From NCBI GenBank assembly GCA_041179425.1, contig JBEGTL010000002.1, positions 1-50,571 of the forward strand: 50,571 nucleotides of DNA. Direction: 5' to 3'. The notes below the pieces were generated by a model. It worked only from the letters and a program-made list of their open reading frames with translations. It was not told where the DNA came from and ran no database searches. Of this stretch, positions 43,577 to 50,571 are shown in pieces. This DNA is from Pseudomonadota bacterium. Lineage in GTDB: Bacteria > Myxococcota_A > Polyangia > Polyangiales > DASUME01. Position 1 is the stretch's first letter; the number at the start of each line of letters is the position of its first letter. Made by a program: the position numbers and the translations under genes.

Positions 43577-43701
43577 TGCCAGGCCACACTACAGGTCGCG
43601 TGCGCGGCCTTCTGCACTCGGGCTGCAACACAGCCCTGGGCTTGCTGTTGGAAGACCCGGAGAGAATCAAAGATCTGGTGCTGTACGCGCAGGCGCTGTA
43701 A
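43576..43701 (+). pseudogene. Endonuclease VII C-terminal remnant (41-aa ORF), absent from the ORF track
   Basis: MPGHTTGRVRGLLHSGCNTALGLLLEDPERIKDLVLY aligns with HETGLVRGVLCSLCNKGLG (14377 gene) and HGSGLVRGFLCNICNITLG (23749 gene). The N-terminal part of the domain is missing. Confidence 0.55.
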
Positions 43702-43710
43702 GCTCTGCTG

Positions 43711-45645
43711 GTGCCCATTCAGGTCTCCAGCAAGCTGAAAAAAAAACGTGACGAGTTCACGGCCACGGAAGAAGCTTCCCGCGAAGAGAAGCTCACCGAG
43801 GTGCCTGATGAGGCCGAGCTGCTCCGCATTCTGACGATGGCTCGACGGGAGGTCCCTGACCCCGAGAGCCCAGAAGCGGAGCAGCTCGCCGCGTTCATGA
43901 CGGGCAAGCTCGCCAAGTTGCCCATCGCGCAGCTCTACCCGGGCCCGTTGATGGCCACGCAGGCGCTCGCCCTGCGCGAGGGTAAGGTCTGCAAGGGCGG
44001 CTTCTTCCCCATCGTGGTGGGCGGCGGTAAGATGCTCACGTGTTACCTGATGGCCGCGCTCTACCTGGCGGCTGGCTACACGCGCATCATCTACGTCATC
44101 CCTGGCGACATGCGCAAGACGGTGAAGCGCGAGTTCAAGAAGTACCGCCAGTGCTGGCACGGGCCCACCGAGCTGCAGCTGCGTGTCGTCTCGTACGAGG
44201 AAATCTCCAACGAGGCGAACGCAGAGGAGCTCGACGACCACGGGCGCGTCACCAAGCCGTCGCTGCTAGACAAGCTGCAGCCTCAGGTCGTCATCTTCGA
44301 CGAGGTGCACAACACCTCGAACACCGGCGCTGCTGTCACCAAGCGCATGAACCACCGCATGCGCCGCGCGCCCGACACCATCTGCCTGGCGTTCACGGGC
44401 ACGCCCTTCAACGAGGGCATCCAAGACGCCGCGCACATCCTGGACTGGTGTCTCAAGGAGAACAGCCCTCTGCCCCGCCCGAGCGTGCGCGGCACGTACA
44501 AGACTCTGCAGGCGTGGGGAGGCTACCTCAACGCCAAGGAGGGCTTCGGCCGCGTGGAGCTCGGCGCGCTCGCGCGCTACGGCGAGCTGTACGATGAAGA
44601 CCTCGACGTCTACAACGCGGATGCGGACTACCAGAACGAGATGATGCACCGCGTGCGCCGCCTAGTGGCGAGACGCATCCTGGAGACGCCTGGCGTCATC
44701 GGCACGCGCGACGCACCGCTGGACGTCCCGCTCACCATCGAGCCCTTGTACCCCCGCCTCGACTGCGCGGACACCGCTGTTGCGTATGCCGCGATGATGA
44801 ACGAGGGCGTGCTGCCCGACGGCACCGAGCAGCCCGATGACATCTCGGTGGCCCGCCACCTGAGCACCATGGGCTACAACTTCTGGTCCAAGTGGGTGCC
44901 GGACCCGCCACAGGAGTGGAAGCTCGACCGCAACGGCTGGAACAAGTGGTGCAGGCGCGCGCTCAAGTACAACAAGCACCGCCTGACGTCGGAGAAGACC
45001 GTCAAGAACGCCATCAAGAAAGGCCTCTACAAGGAGGTCGGCCTGCCCACGCTGCAGCGCTGGGAGAACAGCGCGCGCCTGTACTTCGAGACCACCGGCA
45101 ACAAGGAGCCGCCATCGCAGCCCCAGTGGCTGGGCGACGGCGCCGAGGTGGTCGACGCGTGCCGGCACTGGCTCTCCAAGTACGGCGACCGTGGTCTCAT
45201 CTGGGTCAAGCACATCGGGCTCGGCGAGCTGCTGTCGAAGGAGCTGGGCATACCGTACTACGGCGCGGGTGGCGGCAAGAACTCCAAGACGGGCGTGCTT
45301 ATTATGGACCACCCCGGTGGCCCTGCCATCGCCTCCATCGACGCGTGCGGCACCGGCAAGAACCTGCAGTATCTGTTTTCGGACAACTTGTGGCTTTGCA
45401 TACCGGGGGAGCAATCCCTGGCGCGCACTCACCGCATGGGGCAGCCGGCCAAGGTAGTGCGGAACTTTATCTACCTGGGATGCTATCAGCACTTGGCCGC
45501 GTTCGAGAGAGCTCGAGACGTGAAGGCGACGTTCGCCGAGGACATGACACTCAGCCCCCAGAAGCTGAAGTATGCGCACACTGTGATGCCCTCTGCGGGC
45601 GAGCTGCGGCAGCGCGGCGGAGCTCGCTGGGAGCAACGTTTTTGA
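43711..45645 (+). CDS. SNF2/DEAD-like superfamily 2 helicase
   Basis: VVGGGKML is P-loop-like; VVIFDEVHNT is DExH. CGTGKNLQ and LARTHRMGQ are SNF2 motifs V/VI-like. TAAGCT lies 6 nt before the GTG. Confidence 0.75.
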   Translation: MPIQVSSKLKKKRDEFTATEEASREEKLTEVPDEAELLRILTMARREVPDPESPEAEQLAAFMTGKLAKLPIAQLYPGPLMATQALALREGKVCKGGFFPIVVGGGKMLTCYLMAALYLAAGYTRIIYVIPGDMRKTVKREFKKYRQCWHGPTELQLRVVSYEEISNEANAEELDDHGRVTKPSLLDKLQPQVVIFDEVHNTSNTGAAVTKRMNHRMRRAPDTICLAFTGTPFNEGIQDAAHILDWCLKENSPLPRPSVRGTYKTLQAWGGYLNAKEGFGRVELGALARYGELYDEDLDVYNADADYQNEMMHRVRRLVARRILETPGVIGTRDAPLDVPLTIEPLYPRLDCADTAVAYAAMMNEGVLPDGTEQPDDISVARHLSTMGYNFWSKWVPDPPQEWKLDRNGWNKWCRRALKYNKHRLTSEKTVKNAIKKGLYKEVGLPTLQRWENSARLYFETTGNKEPPSQPQWLGDGAEVVDACRHWLSKYGDRGLIWVKHIGLGELLSKELGIPYYGAGGGKNSKTGVLIMDHPGGPAIASIDACGTGKNLQYLFSDNLWLCIPGEQSLARTHRMGQPAKVVRNFIYLGCYQHLAAFERARDVKATFAEDMTLSPQKLKYAHTVMPSAGELRQRGGARWEQRF

Positions 45646-45725
45646 GTTGCACTGGGAGCGCAGCTATGAGAGCTTAGAACTCACCAAAGCCAAAAGCCAA
45701 ACAGCAACTACCGGAGACCGAAGAC

Positions 45726-46490
45726 ATGCCCATCGTAGTCAAATCGACCGAAGAACTCCCCGAGTCCAAGAGTTTCAACAAAACCCCCAAGGTGCACGAG
45801 CTCGGCAAGGGCGACTACATCTGCAAGGTCATGGACACGCGCTTCAACCCCTCGAACGAGCGGTTCAACGAGTCCTACTACATCGACCTCAAGGTCGTCG
45901 AAGGCCCCAAGGGCGTCGGCAGCGAGTGCCACTGGTGCAAGTACCCCCAGGACGCCAAGGGTGGCAAGAACAAGAAGACCGGCAAGCTCTTCACCGCGAA
46001 GCAGGCGCAGGCAGCTGACGAGGTTGCCGTGCAGAAGGCAACCGCAGCCATCTACGGCCTTGCTGCCAACGAGGCAGGCGAGCTCACGCAGGAGCAGATG
46101 GACGCCGCCTTCCCGCCGGACTCCGACCCGGAGACCCGCGAGCCCTTCACGTCGCCCGTCAACGGCCGGTTCGTCCGTGTGCGCGTGAAGACCTACACGA
46201 AGGACGACGGCACCGAGGGAGGCTTCGGCGAAATCTTCCCGTGTGACCGTGCGCCCGAGCCGGAGAAGGGCAAGGCTGCGCCCGCGGCTGCCAAGACCGA
46301 AGATAAGCCAGAGGCCAAGAAGCCCGCGCTCCCAGGCAAGCCGGCCGCCAAGAAGCCCTTCATCGAGGCCGCAGAGCTCGCGGGCTTCATCCCGTACGAT
46401 GGCAACCCCGGCTTCTTCCTGCGCCTTGAGGGCGGCGAGCCGGTCGAGGTCGTCGGCGAGTCCGACGTCAAGTCCAAGCTCGGATACTGA
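45726..46490 (+). CDS. Putative ssDNA-binding (DUF669-like) protein with Lys/Pro-rich C-terminal region
   Basis: Position in the replication module. GGAGACC before the ATG. The assignment is tentative. Confidence 0.35.
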   Translation: MPIVVKSTEELPESKSFNKTPKVHELGKGDYICKVMDTRFNPSNERFNESYYIDLKVVEGPKGVGSECHWCKYPQDAKGGKNKKTGKLFTAKQAQAADEVAVQKATAAIYGLAANEAGELTQEQMDAAFPPDSDPETREPFTSPVNGRFVRVRVKTYTKDDGTEGGFGEIFPCDRAPEPEKGKAAPAAAKTEDKPEAKKPALPGKPAAKKPFIEAAELAGFIPYDGNPGFFLRLEGGEPVEVVGESDVKSKLGY

Positions 46491-46559
46491 TTCTTCGCGA
46501 GCAAGTCAGGCGAGGGTACCGGCACGAGCCGGAGTACCGCTGACCTCTGCTCGCCTTTT

Positions 46560-46643
46560 GAGGGGGTCGCCTCGGTGGGCAGCTGCAGCTCTCTAGGCCG
46601 CTGTCTGCAGACAGCAAGCGACAAACACCGAGGCGACCCCCTC
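46560..46643. repeat. Nested palindromic element: 18-bp perfect inverted repeat enclosing a 16-bp palindrome
   Basis: GAGGGGGTCGCCTCGGTG (46560-46577) pairs with CACCGAGGCGACCCCCTC (46626-46643). Inner GCTGTCTGCAGACAGC at 46600-46615. Confidence 0.9.
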
Positions 46644-46667
46644 AGAAGCCATCAACAGGAGGATGAC

Positions 46668-47051
46668 GTGGGAGCACAGCTGAAGAAGATTGCGCGCAGG
46701 GCGGTTCGTGACGTGGAGGCGCTTGAGCGCATTCTACTGTCGCGCCAAGAGCTCAACACCACCGGCGAGCGCGTGCGTACCGCGCTCAATGGCAACACTC
46801 AGAGCGGCATGCGCCGCCGCGCCAAGAAAGCCATCGCGCTCGCTGCCTCGCGCATCAAGCCCGAGGTCGTGACCAAGACCATCTCGCACCCAAAGTTGCT
46901 GGGCCGCTTCGCGTACACGGCCACCACGCCGTTCGACGTCATCCCGGTGCAGACCATCAAGTGCACGGTGCCCTTCAAGGCGCCGCCGGTCGCCAGCGTG
47001 GCGCTGCAGTTCGCCCGAGCCCTGGGTGACAGCCGCCGCAAGACCGCCTGA
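46668..47051 (+). CDS. Hypothetical protein
   Basis: GTG 46668 lies after ACAGGAGGATGAC; 127 aa. Confidence 0.5.
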   Translation: MGAQLKKIARRAVRDVEALERILLSRQELNTTGERVRTALNGNTQSGMRRRAKKAIALAASRIKPEVVTKTISHPKLLGRFAYTATTPFDVIPVQTIKCTVPFKAPPVASVALQFARALGDSRRKTA

Positions 47052-47120
47052 GCAAAGCGCGCCCGGCGCGCGGGCGGAAGTTTCACCTGAACACCTGTAC
47101 AGTACAACCGAGGATAGCAC

Positions 47121-47738
47121 ATGGGACCCGAGCAATACATCGAGACTATTCGCCCACTTAGCTACAAAAACGGCATTCAGACCCCCATCGCCGTCCTGGC
47201 GCTCGGGCTAACCGGCGAGACCGGAGAGGTGAACGACCAACTCCTATTGGTCGACGTGCACTACAGAGAGCACAAAGGCTACGTAGAGAAAGGCTTCGAG
47301 AGCGACGAGAACCGCGCAGACTTCTACGAGCGCTGCGAGAAGAACGTGGCCGACCTCAAGCTGGAGCTCGGCGACGCGCTCTGGTACACCTCCATCTTCC
47401 TCGACCGCATCGGGTTCCCGATGGACGCTCTGATGATGGACGCCGCGTGTCTCGAGTGGCCCACGAGGGTCGCTCAGGTCTGCGTGGACGAAGCAGACGA
47501 GTTCAAGCTGGGCCTCATGCTCAGCGTGCACGCGGCTCGCGTCGCCGACGTGGTGAAGAAATCCGAGTGGCACGGCAAGGAGCTCAACCTCCCCAGCCTC
47601 ACCGAGGACCTGCTGAGCATCATCATCATCATCAACCGTCTCGCGGAATGCGCGGGTACCACGGTCGAGGAAATCGCCGACCTCAACGTTGCGAAGCTGG
47701 CCGCCCGCTTCCCCAACGGGTTCGTCGAACGCCCGTGA
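47121..47738 (+). CDS. mazG: MazG-like nucleoside triphosphate pyrophosphohydrolase
   Basis: LGLTGETGEVNDQL and LELGDALWYTSIFLDRIG motifs. Confidence 0.7.
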   Translation: MGPEQYIETIRPLSYKNGIQTPIAVLALGLTGETGEVNDQLLLVDVHYREHKGYVEKGFESDENRADFYERCEKNVADLKLELGDALWYTSIFLDRIGFPMDALMMDAACLEWPTRVAQVCVDEADEFKLGLMLSVHAARVADVVKKSEWHGKELNLPSLTEDLLSIIIIINRLAECAGTTVEEIADLNVAKLAARFPNGFVERP

Positions 47739-47878
47739 TAGAACCCGGAAGCCTCGTGAGGTTGCCGGATGGCTCGCAAGGCTACTACCAACTCACCGAA
47801 CCAAACGGTGATGCGGTGGTAGTGGTCTATGCGCGCGTGCCGGCCAAGGATTTGAAGCAGGAGAAGGAGCCCAAGTGA
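47735..47878 (+). CDS. Small SH3/KOW-like protein (47 aa)
   Basis: GTGA overlaps at both ends. PGSLVRLPDGSQGYYQLTEPNGDAVVVVY. Confidence 0.4.
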   Translation: MIEPGSLVRLPDGSQGYYQLTEPNGDAVVVVYARVPAKDLKQEKEPK

Positions 47879-49209
47879 CCAAACGATATATTATCAGCTG
47901 CGCGGTGAACGACACGCGCGTGCACCCCGGGTTCTTCGCCTCGATGAAACAGTACGCGAAGCACAACGGTGCCGAGCTCCTCATCGTCGCGGCGAAGTAC
48001 AAGAACCCCACCGCGAAGCGCGGCTCCGCCAAGAAGCTGCGCGACGAGACCTACGCCGCGCAGGTGGTCCCGTACCTGACGAACGATGAAATCAAGCTCG
48101 GGCCGCAGCTCACGCTGTTCGCGAACCTCCCCATCCAGCCGACCGCCAGCAACCCGACCTCAGGCCTGGAGGTCTTCTGCAAGTCGAGCAGCGCCATCGT
48201 GGGCCACGTCAAACGCGCGATGCAGGTGGTGCCCACGGAGCACCTCACGCCCCGCGTACTGTGGTCGACGAGCGCGTGCACGGTGGCGAAGTACAGCCGC
48301 TCGCGCGCTGGCTTGAAGGCCAAGAAGCACCACGTCATCGGCGCGGTGGTGGTCGAGGTCAAACGGAACGGCAAGTTCTTCATCCGCAACGTCACGGCGA
48401 ACAGCGACGGCTCGTTCTCCGACCTCGACACGTTCTACACGCCCACGGGCGCAGTGGAGAACGACAACGCCCTGAGCGTCACCGCGGGAGACATCCACGT
48501 TGGCCAGGATGACGAGCGCTCGTTGCGCGCTCTCGAACAGCTGGTTGGCCTGATGCAACCCGACCACTTGGTGGTGCATGACGTGCTCGACTTCGATGCG
48601 CGCTCGCACCACCGCCGCTCCCCTCAGGAGCGCTACGAGCGCCGTTTCCACACCGTGGACGCAGAGCTCGATGCCAACGCTGCCTTCTACCAGCGCGTGC
48701 TGCGCTGGGCCGTGCAACGCGACGTGGTGGTGGTCGAGAGCAATCACCACGAGCACCTGATGCGCTGGCTGCGCGAGTTCGACGTCGAGAACGACGTTGG
48801 CAACGCGCCTACCTACCACCGCATGTGGTCCGACCTCTACACCGAGTTCGACCGCACCGGCGAGTGGGCCAACCCGTACGAGCGCGCGATGCGCCAGCGC
48901 GGCGTGGGCGCACGCGTCCGCTTCCTGAAACGGAGCGACAGCTTCAAGCTGGCCTCAGTAGAGGGCGGCTTCCACGGCGACGATGGCGTGTCAGGCTCTC
49001 GCGGCTCCATCTTGGCCTACACCAAGCTCGGGTGTAAGGTTACTATCGGCCACTCTCACACTCCGGGAATCCGAGATGGAGTGTTTCAAACGGGAGTGAC
49101 AGGTTCGCTGGACATGGGATACAATCGTAGACCCACAACCTGGCTTCATGCCCACGTGGTTCTCCACAGAGACGGCAAGAGGCAGATGGTGGTGGTAGTA
49201 GAGGGGTAG
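47875..49209 (+). CDS. Calcineurin-like metallophosphoesterase with an uncharacterised N-terminal domain
   Basis: GDIHVGQDD, ESNHHEH and IGHSHTPG motifs in the C-terminal half. GC drops in the last 170 nt or so. Confidence 0.55.
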   Translation: MTKRYIISCAVNDTRVHPGFFASMKQYAKHNGAELLIVAAKYKNPTAKRGSAKKLRDETYAAQVVPYLTNDEIKLGPQLTLFANLPIQPTASNPTSGLEVFCKSSSAIVGHVKRAMQVVPTEHLTPRVLWSTSACTVAKYSRSRAGLKAKKHHVIGAVVVEVKRNGKFFIRNVTANSDGSFSDLDTFYTPTGAVENDNALSVTAGDIHVGQDDERSLRALEQLVGLMQPDHLVVHDVLDFDARSHHRRSPQERYERRFHTVDAELDANAAFYQRVLRWAVQRDVVVVESNHHEHLMRWLREFDVENDVGNAPTYHRMWSDLYTEFDRTGEWANPYERAMRQRGVGARVRFLKRSDSFKLASVEGGFHGDDGVSGSRGSILAYTKLGCKVTIGHSHTPGIRDGVFQTGVTGSLDMGYNRRPTTWLHAHVVLHRDGKRQMVVVVEG

Positions 49210-49336
49210 TTCTACGCGAACGCTGCCTGATGGATTGAGCTTGCGGTATCGCGAGCGCTGGTAGAGACTCTCAGAGATGCACGTACCAAGCTGCTGGGGC
49301 TGGCCGGGCTGTGACGTCTGCCAAGAGGAGAAGAGC

Positions 49337-50338
49337 ATGTTCAAAGAAGGCGACATAGTGAAACTTGCGGACGACGCTACCGACCTAAATGACGATAACG
49401 TCGGCGGTTGCATCGGGACCATCACCGAGGTGGATGAGGGCGGCTTCGACGGCGGGCTGCCGTACAAGATTCTGGTCAACGGCATCGAGACCTGGTACCT
49501 GACCGCGGAGGTCGACGGCTTGGTAGGTCGCCCGTCCACGCAGCTTGCAGTCGCTGTCGGCGACCGCGTGCGCGTCTCCCAGACTCCCGCCCACGGCGCG
49601 TTCAAGCCGAACAACGGAGCCATCATCGCGGTGGTGGAGAGGTTCCTGGAGAACGGCAACGTCCTGGTCGAGGCCATCGAGGGCGACGACCGCTGGGATG
49701 GCGTGTCGCAACAGGTCCAACACCATGACCTGACGCGCATCGACCGGACGCCCACCATCAACCCACCGCCCATCCGCGAGGGCTTCGGCGCCATCCCGCT
49801 GGACACCTATCACGGCCGCAAGGCGGACGCTGGCAAGGCTGACTACACCATCCTGCCGGCGGAGGCGGTGGAGACCGTTCTTCAGCAGGAGTCCTGGCTC
49901 TACTCAGAGCACAACGAGGACGGGATGGTGGCAACGCCCAACTTCCAGGACGCCCTGGCGGCCTCGGTGGAGGCGCTGTTCGCCTACCGCACCAGCGGCG
50001 AGCTGGAGGACCTCCTGAACGCCTACGTCTTCTCGTGCCGCGACCGCGTCGTCGAGTCGCTGGCGGGCGTCGTCGGCATCCTCGAGTACGGCGTGCTCAA
50101 GTACGCGCGTGACAGCTGGCGCGAGGTCCCGGAAGGGGAGGACCGCTACTTCAGCGCCGCTCTACGCCACGCCTACGCCCTGAGCGCGGGACATGGGTAC
50201 GATGTGCCGGCCGGCGCCGAGGACGCCGCCAGCAAGCCCACAGCGGACGGGAAGCACAGCGGAATGCACCACTGGGACCACTTCCGGTGTAACGTGCTAT
50301 TCCTCATCGGCCTGCACCTGGATAACTCCGCGGAATAA
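49337..50338 (+). CDS. Tandem SH3-like domains fused to a DUF5664 / MazZ-like dNTP pyrophosphohydrolase-like domain
   Basis: GDIVKL... and GDRVRV... repeats. Then KADAGKADYTILP...LEYGVLKYARDSWREV...RYFSAALRHAYA...HSGMHHWDHFRCNVLFLI. AGGAGAAGAGC lies before ATG 49337. Confidence 0.5.
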   Translation: MFKEGDIVKLADDATDLNDDNVGGCIGTITEVDEGGFDGGLPYKILVNGIETWYLTAEVDGLVGRPSTQLAVAVGDRVRVSQTPAHGAFKPNNGAIIAVVERFLENGNVLVEAIEGDDRWDGVSQQVQHHDLTRIDRTPTINPPPIREGFGAIPLDTYHGRKADAGKADYTILPAEAVETVLQQESWLYSEHNEDGMVATPNFQDALAASVEALFAYRTSGELEDLLNAYVFSCRDRVVESLAGVVGILEYGVLKYARDSWREVPEGEDRYFSAALRHAYALSAGHGYDVPAGAEDAASKPTADGKHSGMHHWDHFRCNVLFLIGLHLDNSAE

Positions 50339-50380
50339 CTCGCGGCGCCGTAGTGGCGGGCGGTTCTGTTACTCTCCAGG

Positions 50381-50571
50381 ATGCCGCCCGCCATCCGCAT
50401 CCGCAGAACCGCCGACCTCGAGCTCATCAAACGCCTGGACAAGACCTGCTTCGGGGACGAGGACAGCCTGGCAGAAGTGCTGGGCTGCTCCGATTGGTGG
50501 GTCGCGGAGAGCCGCGCTGGCAGCTCCTGGGCGCCCGCCGGCTACGCTGGTGCATCGCTGTCCGACGGCGA
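50381..50571 (+). CDS. GNAT-like N-acetyltransferase (3' truncated by the window)
   Basis: The N-terminus IRIRRTADLELIKRLDKTCFGDED...WWVAE is typical of GNAT N-termini. TACTCT lies 5 nt upstream. Confidence 0.4.
   Translation, partial: MPPAIRIRRTADLELIKRLDKTCFGDEDSLAEVLGCSDWWVAESRAGSSWAPAGYAGASLSDG

Noticed and set aside
43738-43746. A9 homopolymer at codons 10-12 of the SNF2 helicase as a programmed slippage site
   Set aside because: Adding one A gives an immediate TGA, and removing one gives a stop after about 30 codons. No alternative functional product is apparent, so it most likely just encodes KKK.
46491-46667. tRNA or tmRNA gene in the largest structured intergenic region
   Set aside because: I could not fold a cloverleaf (acceptor stem plus T-arm GTTCxAxxC). 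The structure is a long nested palindrome instead. No other intergenic gap is long enough for a tRNA.
1-50571. Lysogeny module (integrase, CI-like repressor, attachment site)
   Set aside because: I recognised none in this window. The lifestyle cannot be called because both window edges truncate the element.

Overview
GC-rich DNA (about two-thirds G+C by eye, strong GC3 bias) from a contractile-tailed (myovirus-type) phage or prophage. The right edge cuts a gene, and the left edge cuts a repeat. Layout: (1) The plus-strand block 153-35452 starts with DNA-binding and HNH genes and the terminase genes; TerL is interrupted by a LAGLIDADG intein. It continues with portal, Mu-F-like head protein, scaffold, decoration and major capsid genes, then connectors, sheath and tube. 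A chaperone with a -1-frame extension, the tape measure, baseplate, LamG and fibre proteins and an M15 endolysin complete it. (2) The minus-strand operon 35442-38045 runs from RusA down to tiny membrane proteins and a Cys-rich secreted mini-protein. (3) The plus-strand block 38350-end holds a primase-polymerase/P-loop fusion, a PD-(D/E)XK nuclease, an SNF2 helicase and an SSB-like protein. It ends with MazG, a metallophosphoesterase, a MazZ/DUF5664-like fusion and a truncated GNAT. I saw no integrase, repressor module, tRNA, rRNA, CRISPR array or reverse transcriptase. Main observations: (a) A perfect 122-bp inverted repeat at 1-122 and 38080-38201 sits at the head of an operon in each copy. 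The internal copy also has 26-bp direct repeats and a GC hairpin next to the replication gene. (b) A (G/T)GCTANNNT-type -10-like hexamer lies 5-7 nt upstream of about 18 start codons, which suggests leaderless, gene-by-gene transcription. Two divergent pairs have -10-like hexamers that overlap on opposite strands. (c) Six reverse-strand genes are inserted into the structural module. They include an accessory island with a lipoprotein matrixin-like protease and an alpha/beta hydrolase. (d) The window carries several selfish nuclease elements: a WCT-type intein, an HNH-AP2 gene, two EndoVII genes and an EndoVII remnant. (e) A cluster of nucleotide-pool enzymes lies at the right end. All functional calls rest on motif recognition by eye; no database search was run.
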